Shown here: positions 31,305-39,748 of the stretch, piece by piece | Numbering within the stretch: position 1 is the stretch's first letter | Layout of the letters: each line of letters opens with the position of its first letter | Source of the DNA: a virus | Length of the DNA stretch: 51,853 bases | Reading direction: 5' to 3' (one strand) | Virus record (IMG/VR): IMGVR_UViG_3300044998_000080 | The notes under the pieces: model-generated | The model's database searches: none | What the model was told of the DNA's origin: nothing | The model's input: only the letters and a program-made list of their open reading frames with translations | Made by a program: the position numbers and the translations under genes

Positions 31305-32522
31305 TTGGGTATCCCGTTTCGCAATCCGAACGCGGGTCGACTCACCCGGCGCTTTGTTGCGCGCTCGGGCGTCGATCTGCTTACGGGTCGTGTCGACGGT
31401 GGATCAGCACAAGCGGCCGAGAACGTTTTTCGTGACGGTATTTTCGGAACGGTCGCGAGCAACGTAACCGTTTCGCCGAATGGTCTCGCGATCGCGGTGA
31501 CGCTCGGTGCGCCTGGCGTGTCAGCGACCGCGACCGTTTCACCGAACGGGCTTGCGATCCCGATCGCCTTCGGTTCGCCGACGGTGCAACCGGGCTCGGT
31601 GAACGTCTCGCCGAACGGTCTCGCAATCGCGGTGACGCTCGGCGCGCCCTCGGTGCAACCGGGTTCGGTGAACGTCTCGCCGAATGGTCTCGCGATCCCG
31701 GTGAGCTTCGGTTCGCCTTCGGTCACGCAACCGATCGTGATCTCGCCGAACGGGCTTGCGATCCCGCTCGCGTTCGGCGCGCCCTCGGTGCAACCGGGCT
31801 CGGTGAGCATCGCACCGAACGGCGTTGCGATCGCGGTGACGCTCGGCGCGCCCTCGGTGCAACCGGGCTCGGTGAACGTCTCGCCGAACGGTGTTGCGAT
31901 CCCGCTCGCGTTCGGCGCGCCCTCGGTGCAACCGGGCTCGGTGAACATCGCGCCGAACGGCGTGCTCATTCCGCGCACGCTCGGCACGCCAACGATCACG
32001 GCGACCGCTTCGATCTCACCGAACGGCGTTGCGATCTCGGTGAGCTTCGGTTCGCCGACGGTGCAACCGGGCTCGGTGAGCATCGCGCCGAACGGCGTTG
32101 CGATCCCGGTGAGCTTCGGTTCGCCGACGGTTGGCAACAACACGATCGCGCCGAGCAACGTCAGTGTGAACGGGCTCGCTATTCCGTTCAACTTCGGCCG
32201 CCCGTCGATCACGCCCGGCTCGGTGAACGTCTCGCCGAATGGGCTTTCGATCTCGGTCGCGTTCGGGTCACCCTCGGTCACCTCGATCGCTACGGTCTCG
32301 CCGAGCGGGTTCAAGATCCCGGTCACGTTCGGCGCGCCTGCTCTCGTCTACAACCAAAACGTTTCACCGAACGGCGTCTTGATTCCTCTCACGTTCGGGT
32401 TGCTCGTGATCGCTGATCGCTCGAATGAGCGGGTCGTGTATCGTGGCCCGCCGTTGCGGTTTCCGTCAGGCTCGAGCCGAGGTGCGCTCGGGTTCACTCC
32501 TAAGCGGGGCAAATGGACATGA
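31305..32522 (+). CDS. Tandem-repeat protein (~14 x 21-23 aa SPNG-AI-x-G-P-VQPGSV units)
   Basis: 405-aa ORF. The start (TTG 31305) is uncertain. The repeats are read directly. Confidence 0.6.
   Translation: MGIPFRNPNAGRLTRRFVARSGVDLLTGRVDGGSAQAAENVFRDGIFGTVASNVTVSPNGLAIAVTLGAPGVSATATVSPNGLAIPIAFGSPTVQPGSVNVSPNGLAIAVTLGAPSVQPGSVNVSPNGLAIPVSFGSPSVTQPIVISPNGLAIPLAFGAPSVQPGSVSIAPNGVAIAVTLGAPSVQPGSVNVSPNGVAIPLAFGAPSVQPGSVNIAPNGVLIPRTLGTPTITATASISPNGVAISVSFGSPTVQPGSVSIAPNGVAIPVSFGSPTVGNNTIAPSNVSVNGLAIPFNFGRPSITPGSVNVSPNGLSISVAFGSPSVTSIATVSPSGFKIPVTFGAPALVYNQNVSPNGVLIPLTFGLLVIADRSNERVVYRGPPLRFPSGSSRGALGFTPKRGKWT
31464..32403 (+). repeat. In-frame tandem repeat array, unit 63-69 bp, ~14 copies
   Basis: Several units are near-identical in DNA, e.g. 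gcgccctcggtgcaaccgggctcggtgaacgtctcgccgaacgg recurs. Confidence 0.85.
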
Positions 32523-33355
32523 TGAATCGGGGCGCATTCAAGGCACTCGTGCAAGCGGGCGGCGCACAACGCGCGCGCGTAGCGCTTCCGAAAATGGCGC
32601 TTCCGACGGCGCAAGCTCGGCGCTACTCGCGCGCGTTGCGCGGGAAACTTCTCGCCGACGCTCTCGCGCTCGTGCGCGCGAAGCTCGTGCCGAAGCTCGA
32701 GGCTCTCGCCGAGAACACCTCGAAGATCGCAACGAGCGTTCGCACCGACGCCGACGAGATCGGGAACACTCTCGACGAGATTCAAACCGAGTTTCTTTCG
32801 AAATGGTCGCGTCGACGAATGACCTCGCTCGTGCGCCCGGTCGCCGAAGAGATCGAGCGCTTTCACGCGACGCAACTCAACCGCTCGTTGCGCGCGGCCG
32901 TCGGTGTTGACGTGGTTGGGTCTGAACCCTGGCTCGAGAAATCGATCGACGAGTTCACGGCCGAGAACGTCGGCTTGATCAAGTCGATCCCGACGCGGTT
33001 CTTCGACGACCTCGAGACGAACTTGAAGCGTGAACTCGCCGACGGTGCCCGCTGGGAAGAACTCGCGGGAATCGTAGAAGAGCGCTACGGCGTCGCTCAA
33101 TCACGCGCGGAATTGATCGCGCGCGATCAGGCGGGAAAGTTCTTCGGCGATCTCAACCGAGTTCGTCAGGGCGACCTCGGGATCGAGCGCTTCACATGGC
33201 GCACGATGCACGACAACCGAGTTCGTGAAGAGCACGAGGCGCGAGACGGCGAAGCGTTCGCTTGGAACGATCCGCCCGACGGTGAGACACCGGGCGAGCC
33301 CGTGTTGTGCCGCTGCTACGCCGAGCCCGACCTTGCGGGCTTGCTCGAAGACTAG
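32513..33355 (+). CDS. Head morphogenesis protein (Mu F / SPP1 gp7 family)
   Basis: C-terminal FTWRTMHDNRVREEHEARDGEAFAWNDPPDGETPGEPVLCRCYAEP. Confidence 0.8.
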   Translation: MDMMNRGAFKALVQAGGAQRARVALPKMALPTAQARRYSRALRGKLLADALALVRAKLVPKLEALAENTSKIATSVRTDADEIGNTLDEIQTEFLSKWSRRRMTSLVRPVAEEIERFHATQLNRSLRAAVGVDVVGSEPWLEKSIDEFTAENVGLIKSIPTRFFDDLETNLKRELADGARWEELAGIVEERYGVAQSRAELIARDQAGKFFGDLNRVRQGDLGIERFTWRTMHDNRVREEHEARDGEAFAWNDPPDGETPGEPVLCRCYAEPDLAGLLED

Positions 33356-33627
33356 TCTCGACGAAAGAACACGAGCGCGAACGCGTGAGAGAGGATCGGC
33401 GCGGGCGGGTTCTTCGGGTCGGCCGAAAGCCGATCGACCTCATACCCGAGCGCGATCCGAAGCTCACGCGTCGCGTTGTCGAGAGCGGCTTGTTCGTGCG
33501 GCTCGAGCTTGAAGTGTGCGCGGATCTTCTCGCACGCCTGGGAAATCGCCTGAAACGCGAAGACCTTCTCACGCGCCCGATCTGAGAGAACCTCGAGCGC
33601 TTCTCGGTACGTGAACGGGAGCTTCAT
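33352..33627 (-). CDS. Hypothetical protein
   Basis: ATG 33627 in an ATGA overlap (MKLPFTYREALEVLSD...). Its stop shares CTAG with the MuF-like stop. Confidence 0.5.
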   Translation of the reverse strand: MKLPFTYREALEVLSDRAREKVFAFQAISQACEKIRAHFKLEPHEQAALDNATRELRIALGYEVDRLSADPKNPPAPILSHAFALVFFRRD

Positions 33628-33872
33628 TCGATCGCCTTCCTGATTGCGTTGATTGCCGCGTGAGGATCTTCGAAACCGTAGAACTCGGCGCGCGCCGTTC
33701 CCTTGCGAGCAACGATCACGTAAGGCCCGCTCATGCCCTGGCGCGGCTCGCTCGAAAGCTCGAGCTTCGGCCCGCGCTTTCCCGACCAATCCCGCTCGCT
33801 CAACACGTGGATCACCGCGTCGGTACGTCGACGCCAGCGACCGAACACGAACACTTCGTCATGCTCGCTCAT
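33624..33872 (-). CDS. Hypothetical protein
   Basis: ATG 33872 in an ATGA overlap (MSEHDEVFVFGRWRRR...). Confidence 0.5.
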   Translation of the reverse strand: MSEHDEVFVFGRWRRRTDAVIHVLSERDWSGKRGPKLELSSEPRQGMSGPYVIVARKGTARAEFYGFEDPHAAINAIRKAIE

Positions 33873-34324
33873 GCGCGCACCTTGACCCATTCGACAACCG
33901 CGTTCAAGTCGGCCGACTCGATCCGATCCCATTTGTTCGGCCCGACCTTGTGCGCGGCATGGAATCCGCCGAAACCGTTGAGGCCGATCTTGAACGCGGC
34001 GGCCGCATTCTCGGGCGACGACTTGCGAAGGTTCGTGATCGCTTCGACCGACGCCTGATATTCGCGCTCGTAGAGACCGCGATCGAAAGCGCGCGCACAC
34101 GCGATCTGCTCTTCGTGTGCCCGCTCGGTCTCGCGACGAATCTTCGCGGCGTTGAACTTCTCACCCGTGCGACCGCTCAACGCGCGGGCGGCGCACACAC
34201 ACCCGAAATAGACGATCTCGCCGTCGACCTCGAGGGCGGCCGTCGACTTGAGCCCGGTCTTGCCGCACAAGTCGCACGCCGAAACTTCGTCAGTCCAACC
34301 GAGAAACGTGATCGCGTTGTTCAT
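33869..34324 (-). CDS. Hypothetical Cys-cluster protein (cassette-proximal, leaderless ATG)
   Basis: 151 aa. MNNAITFLGW...CDLCGK...GCVC. ATG lies 6 nt after the -10. Confidence 0.6.
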   Translation of the reverse strand: MNNAITFLGWTDEVSACDLCGKTGLKSTAALEVDGEIVYFGCVCAARALSGRTGEKFNAAKIRRETERAHEEQIACARAFDRGLYEREYQASVEAITNLRKSSPENAAAAFKIGLNGFGGFHAAHKVGPNKWDRIESADLNAVVEWVKVRA

Positions 34325-34399
34325 GAGAGAAAGATAACAGAATGATTCGAGGTGTCAACACGAAAAGTGAAGGGCCCGGTCGATTTCTTGATCGGGCCC
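34325..34399 (-). promoter_or_regulatory. Terminator-promoter cassette, class A copy
   Basis: Hairpin 34372-34399. TTGACA 34358-34353, 16 nt, TATCTT 34336-34331, TCTCTC, then ATG 34324. Confidence 0.6.
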
Positions 34400-34412
34400 T
34401 GGTTTCGGTCGC

Positions 34413-34625
34413 TTACGCGCCGATCCCGGCGTCTCGCAAGTCACCTCGAGTGACCCAAATCAGCGAACCGCAAATGTCGGCTTGCGCCCGACAATTCACT
34501 TCGCCGATCGAGACGATCGTGAAGCGGTGACCCGCGCGGAAGAAACAACCGATCGGCGAGGTGTAGTCGCGCGCGATCGTGAAGGTGGAACCGACAACGA
34601 GAGAGGAAGTGTTGTTGTTGTTCAT
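34413..34625 (-). CDS. Hypothetical protein (cassette-proximal, leaderless ATG)
   Basis: 70 aa. MNNNNTSSLVVG... A single-gene unit flanked by two cassettes. Confidence 0.55.
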   Translation of the reverse strand: MNNNNTSSLVVGSTFTIARDYTSPIGCFFRAGHRFTIVSIGEVNCRAQADICGSLIWVTRGDLRDAGIGA

Positions 34626-34698
34626 GAGAGAAAGATAACAGAACGCTTCGAGTTGTCAACACGAAATCGAAAGGGCCCGGTCGATTTCGATCGGGCCC
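34626..34698 (-). promoter_or_regulatory. Terminator-promoter cassette, class A copy
   Basis: Hairpin 34673-34698. TTGACA 34659-34654, 16 nt, TATCTT 34637-34632, TCTCTC, then ATG 34625. Confidence 0.6.
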
Positions 34699-34711
34699 TG
34701 GTTTCGCGCGT

Positions 34712-35014
34712 TTAGGCCCAACGAGTGAGCTTCAAACGGTCACCAACGACGATCACCGCGAACCCCGTTGCGAGCGCGAACCGATTGCGGTTGCGGTTGA
34801 AACCGCCCGACACGCACGACCAATTGAAGAGGTGATTACCGCCACCCGACGCGACGAACATGCGCCCGTCATTGTTGACGGGAACGCTCGCGCGGGTCAC
34901 CTCTTCGTTGAGGCACGCGGGATCGTACCCGTTGAGGTCGACTCGGCCGAGCAAGCCGAGCCGCTCGAGTTCGTTGCGAAGCGTCGTGATCTCTTCAGTC
35001 TTGAGAAAGTTCAT
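34712..35014 (-). CDS. Hypothetical protein
   Basis: 100 aa. SD GAAAGG upstream of ATG 35014. Confidence 0.55.
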   Translation of the reverse strand: MNFLKTEEITTLRNELERLGLLGRVDLNGYDPACLNEEVTRASVPVNNDGRMFVASGGGNHLFNWSCVSGGFNRNRNRFALATGFAVIVVGDRLKLTRWA

Positions 35015-35032
35015 TGTGTGCGCCTTTCGTTT

Positions 35033-35224
35033 TCAGCCGAGGGTGTAGTGAGCGACTTGTTGATCGTGCGGAAGAGAGTTGAGGTGCGCGGCAAGCTCGA
35101 GCGCTTGCGCGTGCGTGAGGTCGGTTTTGAAGAAGCGGCCGCCAACGACCGCGAAGGTGTGATCCGGGCCCGACGAGATTTTCGAAAGACCGTTGAGAGC
35201 AGCGGTGAAGAGCGCGTTGTTCAT
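35033..35224 (-). CDS. Hypothetical protein (cassette-proximal, leaderless ATG)
   Basis: 63 aa. MNNALFTAALNG... Confidence 0.55.
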   Translation of the reverse strand: MNNALFTAALNGLSKISSGPDHTFAVVGGRFFKTDLTHAQALELAAHLNSLPHDQQVAHYTLG

Positions 35225-35290
35225 GAGAGAAAGATAACAGAACGCTTCGAGATGTCAACACGAAATCGAAAGGGCCCGGTCGATTTCTCG
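35225..35290 (-). promoter_or_regulatory. Class A cassette copy with a truncated hairpin
   Basis: TTGACA 35258-35253, 16 nt, TATCTT 35236-35231. Only the left hairpin arm (gggcccggtcgatttc) is present. Confidence 0.55.
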
Positions 35291-35351
35291 GTTTACCGTT
35301 AGGTTTCGCACACTTGCGCGCGCGGTCGAAAAGCTCGATCCTTCGATCATC

Positions 35352-36542
35352 ATGGATCGCGTTCGTCGTCTTGATCGTTCGAGTTTCGGCCGAGCCCAAC
35401 GGCTCGATAACGGAATGATCCGCGCGCCCGCGCGCCTGACGCGAACGGGCGTGTTCACGTATCTCACGGCCGACGGTAAGACCGTGCGTGAACTTCGCTT
35501 GCCCGAGGAAGTGTTCGCGCCCGAGTCGCTCTCGAGCTTCGAGCTTGTGCCGCTCACGAACGATCACCCGACCGAGAACGGCGGTGAGGTCACGGCCGAG
35601 AACGCGAAGCGCTTGAGCGTCGGAACCGTCGGCAACGTGAAGCGCGACGAGACCGATCGAAACTATGTCGGCGCGGTTCTCATGATTCACGACGCCGACG
35701 CCGCTTCGCTCGTTGAGTCGGGCAAGCGCGAGATTTCGTGCGGCTATTTCTGCGATCGCGAACCGGCCGAGCCTGGCGCGACGTACCGCGATCCGCTCAC
35801 GGGCGACGCCGAGCCCTACGACTTCGTTCAACGAAACATTCGCGGCAACCACGTTGCGATCGTGAACGTCGGGCGCGCGGGCCCCGAAGTGCGGATCATC
35901 ATGGACGCGGCCGACGGTGTTCAGGTAGATTCGACCGATGTTCGAGTCATGAAGACTCAAACCGAGGGCGTCACGCCCGAAAGAAAGGCAACTGAAATGC
36001 TGAAGATCACGATCGACGGCGTGACCTACGAGGTCGCGCCCCAGGTTTCCGAAGCGCTCGCGAAGGAACGCAAGATCAACGCCGACATGCTCGAGGCCGT
36101 TCGCGGTGAGTCCGCGAAGGTGAAGAGCGATCTCGACAAGGCGATCGCTCGCGCCGACGCGCTCGAGGCCGAGAAGAAGACCCTCGCCGAGAAGCTCGAG
36201 AAGGCGACCAAGCCCGAGGCGATCTCGGCGGCCGTGACCGAGCGTGTTTCGCTCGAGTCGATCGCGGCTCGTTTCGAGGTGAAGACCGACGGTCTCGACA
36301 ACCTCGCCGTTCGGCGCGCGGTGATCACCAAGATCGACGCGAACGTGAAGCTCGAGGGCAAGAGCGACGACTACGTGATCGGCATGTTCGATCACGTCAC
36401 CAAGACCGACGCGAACACGGCGGTCTCGAAGCTCAAGGGTGAGCCCTCGAGCGTCGTGAAGGTCGACGAGAAGACCCTGAAGAACGCGGCCGATCGTCGC
36501 GCCGAGTTCAACAACGCGTTCTTCGGCAAGAGCGCGAAGTAA
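35352..36542 (+). CDS. DUF2213-like prohead scaffold/protease protein
   Basis: ARLTRTGVFTYL...ELRLPEEVF...LVPLTNDHP...NIRGNHVAIV, then a coiled-coil C-terminal half. Confidence 0.7.
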   Translation: MDRVRRLDRSSFGRAQRLDNGMIRAPARLTRTGVFTYLTADGKTVRELRLPEEVFAPESLSSFELVPLTNDHPTENGGEVTAENAKRLSVGTVGNVKRDETDRNYVGAVLMIHDADAASLVESGKREISCGYFCDREPAEPGATYRDPLTGDAEPYDFVQRNIRGNHVAIVNVGRAGPEVRIIMDAADGVQVDSTDVRVMKTQTEGVTPERKATEMLKITIDGVTYEVAPQVSEALAKERKINADMLEAVRGESAKVKSDLDKAIARADALEAEKKTLAEKLEKATKPEAISAAVTERVSLESIAARFEVKTDGLDNLAVRRAVITKIDANVKLEGKSDDYVIGMFDHVTKTDANTAVSKLKGEPSSVVKVDEKTLKNAADRRAEFNNAFFGKSAK

Positions 36543-36578
36543 ACCTCAACCCAACTTTCCCGAAAGGAAAACGAAACC

Positions 36579-37070
36579 ATGTCGCAAACCAGCTACCTGT
36601 CAACGATGCAAACCGCCTACGAGGGCGGGCACGGTGTTCTCGAGAAGGTGATCACCGTTCGCAACAACTCGGGCGCGGAAATCCCGCACGGCCGCGCGGT
36701 CGTCTTCGACGGCGGCGCGGGCACGACCGAGATCGCCGCGAAGCTCCCGAGCGGTTCGACCGACGTGATCATGGGCGCGCTGCTCTACGAGCACTCGCAC
36801 GAGACCGCGAACGGCAACGGCATTCCCGCGAACGGCACCGGCTCGGTCGTCTCGCGCGGTGAGATCTGGATGTTCACCGAGCAAGCCGTGACTCCCGCCG
36901 ATCCCGTGTTCGTGCGCTACAACGCGGCGGGCGGCACCGGCTCGAGCCCGGCCGTCGGCCAGGTTCGCAAAGACGCCGACACCGCGAAGGCGGTCGCGGC
37001 GACGAACGCTCGTTTCCGCACGGTCGCGGCGGCGGGTGCCCTGGTTCTCGTCGAATGGAACCTCCCGTAA
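36579..37070 (+). CDS. Head decoration/cement-type structural protein (putative)
   Basis: 163 aa between the scaffold and capsid genes. Strong GAAAGGAAAACGAAACC initiation region. Confidence 0.5.
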   Translation: MSQTSYLSTMQTAYEGGHGVLEKVITVRNNSGAEIPHGRAVVFDGGAGTTEIAAKLPSGSTDVIMGALLYEHSHETANGNGIPANGTGSVVSRGEIWMFTEQAVTPADPVFVRYNAAGGTGSSPAVGQVRKDADTAKAVAATNARFRTVAAAGALVLVEWNLP

Positions 37071-37112
37071 CACTCTTCTGATCCTCGTGATCAACTGAAA
37101 GGAAACGAAACC

Positions 37113-38027
37113 ATGTTCATGCACCTCGACGCCGTTCAAACGGCGTTCTTCTCACGGCAACTCGAAGAGATCGACACTCAACTCTACGAGGTCAAAATGG
37201 CGGACCTTGAGGTTCGTCAACTCGTCGACGTGAAGCCGATCAACCCCGGCGCGGAAAGCCACACCTACCGACAATTCGACAAGCGCGGCGTCGCCAAGAT
37301 CATGGCGAACTACGCGAGCGGCTCGCCCCGCGTCGACGTGGACGGGAAGGAATACACGGCGACGCTCAAGAGCGTTCGTGATTCCTTCGGCTACTCGATT
37401 CAGGAGATCCGCAACGCTTCGTTCGCGGGCCTTCCTCTCGACGCCATGAAGGCAATGGCGGCTCGTCGCGCGATCGACGAGAAGCTCAACGCGATCGGCC
37501 TCTCGGGTGATTCCGAGTTCGGCTTGCTCGGTCTCTTCAACCAGACCAACGCGCAAACCTACACCGTTCCCGCCGACGGCACCGGCTCGAGCGCGTTGTG
37601 GGCGAACAAGACGAGCGACCTGATCCTTCGCGACATGTTCGGGATCGTCGATCAGATCCCGACCGTGACGAAGGAAGTCGAGAAGCCGAAGCGGCTACTC
37701 ATGCCCTACTCGCGGTTCCGCCTGATCAGCTCGAAGCGCATGGGTTCCGGTGACGGCACCCTGACCGTGCTCACGTTCTTCAAGACGCAACGCCCCGATA
37801 TCGAAGTTCGCGGCGCGCTGCTTCTCGACACGGCGGGCGCGGGCGGCACGGCTCGCATGGTCGCCTACGACCCGAGCCCCGTGAACGTTCAATGGGCGGT
37901 CGCGGTTCCGTTCGAGTCGTTCCCCCCGCAACTTCAGGGCATGGAATACGTGATCGAGTGTCACGCGCGCGCGGGCGGCGTGTTCATGCGCTACCCGCTC
38001 ACGATGGCTTACGGCGACGGGATCTAA
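37113..38027 (+). CDS. Major capsid protein (DUF2184 / HK97-fold family)
   Basis: 304 aa. N-terminal FFSRQLEEIDTQLYEV...INPGAESHTYRQFD. Module DUF1073-DUF2213-DUF2184. Strong SD. Confidence 0.8.
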   Translation: MFMHLDAVQTAFFSRQLEEIDTQLYEVKMADLEVRQLVDVKPINPGAESHTYRQFDKRGVAKIMANYASGSPRVDVDGKEYTATLKSVRDSFGYSIQEIRNASFAGLPLDAMKAMAARRAIDEKLNAIGLSGDSEFGLLGLFNQTNAQTYTVPADGTGSSALWANKTSDLILRDMFGIVDQIPTVTKEVEKPKRLLMPYSRFRLISSKRMGSGDGTLTVLTFFKTQRPDIEVRGALLLDTAGAGGTARMVAYDPSPVNVQWAVAVPFESFPPQLQGMEYVIECHARAGGVFMRYPLTMAYGDGI

Positions 38028-38039
38028 CCTCGCCAGGGT

Positions 38040-38080
38040 GAAGGGGCCGCGCACGTCTAGAGCGTGCGCGGTTCCCCTTC
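38040..38080 (+). terminator. Long hairpin after the capsid gene (attenuator/stabiliser)
   Basis: GAAGGGGCCGCGCACG-tctagag-CGTGCGCGG(tt)CCCCTTC. No clear U-tract. Confidence 0.5.
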
Positions 38081-38144
38081 GAGATTCGAAATCGCTCGAG
38101 TCTCGAAGGGGCGCAAGAGCCCACCAACCCCGAAAGGATTTCAC

Positions 38145-38468
38145 ATGCAAGAGAGCGTTTCGATTCGCAACAACACCGTGAGCGTCCACATGATCGGCCC
38201 GATCGAGGTCGGCGGCGAGAGCTACACCCTCCCGCCCGGCGTGCCCGTGCGCGTGCCGCTCGCGTTCCTCGAGCGCTTCGACGGCTCGGCCGTGCTCGCG
38301 CACAAGTTCAAGAACGGCGATCTCGAGTTCATCACCAACGAGACCGACGAGAAGAAGGCCGTCGAAGAGGCGAAGAACCTCGCCGAGATCATCGCGGCGA
38401 CCGGCGCGAAGGTCGACGGCGGCGGCGCGCCCGAGAGCGCGCCCGAGACCAACACCGAGCCGAAGTGA
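38145..38468 (+). CDS. Hypothetical head-associated protein
   Basis: ATG 38145 is preceded by GAAAGGA. Translation: MQESVSIRNNTVSVHMIG... The track ORF start at 38064 lies inside the hairpin. Confidence 0.55.
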   Translation: MQESVSIRNNTVSVHMIGPIEVGGESYTLPPGVPVRVPLAFLERFDGSAVLAHKFKNGDLEFITNETDEKKAVEEAKNLAEIIAATGAKVDGGGAPESAPETNTEPK

Positions 38469-38483
38469 TTCGAGGGATCGACC

Positions 38484-38864
38484 GTGGCGCTTTGGACCAA
38501 AGACGACGTTCGGAATCGCGCGCCTGAAATGAGCGTCGCGAACGGCGTTCCTGACGCCACGGTCGATCTCTACATTTCGATCGCAGAAAAGCAGGTCGAC
38601 GATCGCATTTTCGGTGACCTCACGATCGACGCGGGTTCGTACCTGACCGCTCACTTGCTCAAGACCGACGGTTACGGCGCGGCGGGGCAAGGCGCGGGCG
38701 GCAACGCGGCGGGCCCGGTGACCGGGATCACCGTCGGCAAGGTGTCGGTGCAATACGCGAGCGCCTCGAGCCCGGCCGCGTCGGCTGAACTCGCACGGTC
38801 ACGCTACGGCGTCGCATTCTCGAGACTGATCCGCCTGGCGGGGCCAACCCCGATCGTGATTTGA
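38484..38864 (+). CDS. DUF4054-like head-tail connector protein
   Basis: 126 aa, GTG start. ...ISIAEKQVDDRIFG...GSYLTAHLL. Confidence 0.55.
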   Translation: MALWTKDDVRNRAPEMSVANGVPDATVDLYISIAEKQVDDRIFGDLTIDAGSYLTAHLLKTDGYGAAGQGAGGNAAGPVTGITVGKVSVQYASASSPAASAELARSRYGVAFSRLIRLAGPTPIVI

Positions 38865-38870
38865 GGCCCC

Positions 38871-39380
38871 ATGAAAGGGCGCGTCACGATCAAAAAGAAC
38901 TCGAAGGGCCGAGCGGCCCTCGAACGTGCGCTCAAGCGCATTGATTCCGATCGCCCAATCGTGAAGGTCGGGCTTCTCGCGGGCTCGAGCGCGAAGCGTG
39001 AAGACGGGCTCTCGAATCCCGAACTCGGCGTGATTCACGAGTTCGGCACGTCGCGCATTCCCGCGCGCCCGTTTCTTCGGCCCGCGATTCGAAAGCACGC
39101 CGACGAATACACACGCGCGCTCGAGGGCGTCTTGAAGCGCGCTCTCAACGGCGAAGACTACGAGCGCGGGCTCAAGTTGATCGGCCAAAAAGCATCGGCC
39201 GACGTGAAGAACTTCGTCACGCGCGGGCCCGCGATCCCGCCTCCCAATGCCCCCGCGACCCTGGCTCGCAAAGAGGCGAAGCGGCGACCGGGCTCGAAGG
39301 GTGCCGTTCGCACGCTCGTTGACACCGGGCGCATGGTCGGTTCGATCTCCTACGAGGTTCAGAAAGGATCGAAAAAATGA
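38871..39380 (+). CDS. HK97 gp10-like head-tail joining protein
   Basis: LGVIHEFGTSRIPARPFLRPAI. Confidence 0.65.
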   Translation: MKGRVTIKKNSKGRAALERALKRIDSDRPIVKVGLLAGSSAKREDGLSNPELGVIHEFGTSRIPARPFLRPAIRKHADEYTRALEGVLKRALNGEDYERGLKLIGQKASADVKNFVTRGPAIPPPNAPATLARKEAKRRPGSKGAVRTLVDTGRMVGSISYEVQKGSKK

Positions 39381-39745
39381 GTCTCTTCGATCTCTCGGGT
39401 GCCGTTGCACTCGCGTTCACGCACACGATCACGGTGACGCGCTTCGCGACCGATTCGTTCGCGAGCAACGGCAAGGCAAACGCGCGCTCGGTCTCGAGCA
39501 CGTTCACGACCGGCGCGAGCGTGCAACCCATCGGGCGCAAGCTCGATCGCGAAGACCGACAAGGCTTCAACGAGCGAGACGACAACGTGACCGTGCTCAC
39601 CTCGGTCGAACTCTCGATTCGAGATCGTCTCACCGTGCCCGGTCTCGGTGACTTCGAGGTCGAAAGTGTCGAGATCTGGCACCCGGCCGGGGGATACTGC
39701 GAAGCGACCGCGCGCAAACTCGCCGCGCCGTTCGAGCCGAGGTGA
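39377..39745 (+). CDS. Hypothetical neck/tail completion protein
   Basis: 122 aa. ATGA overlap. Call is by position only. Confidence 0.5.
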   Translation: MSLFDLSGAVALAFTHTITVTRFATDSFASNGKANARSVSSTFTTGASVQPIGRKLDREDRQGFNERDDNVTVLTSVELSIRDRLTVPGLGDFEVESVEIWHPAGGYCEATARKLAAPFEPR

Positions 39746-39748
39746 CCT

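Noticed and set aside
31139-32326. 395-aa minus-strand ORF over the tandem repeats
   Set aside because: It is the reverse-complement image of the plus-strand repeats, and the plus frame fits the operon. It cannot be fully excluded without expression data.
31464-32403. CRISPR array or DGR repeat
   Set aside because: The units are contiguous with no spacers and are in frame. There is no reverse transcriptase or cas gene, and no template/variable repeat pair.
34995-36395. 466-aa minus-strand ORF
   Set aside because: Antisense to the DUF2213-like scaffold gene. It overlaps the supported small genes 34712..35014 and 35033..35224 in other frames. Arg-rich.
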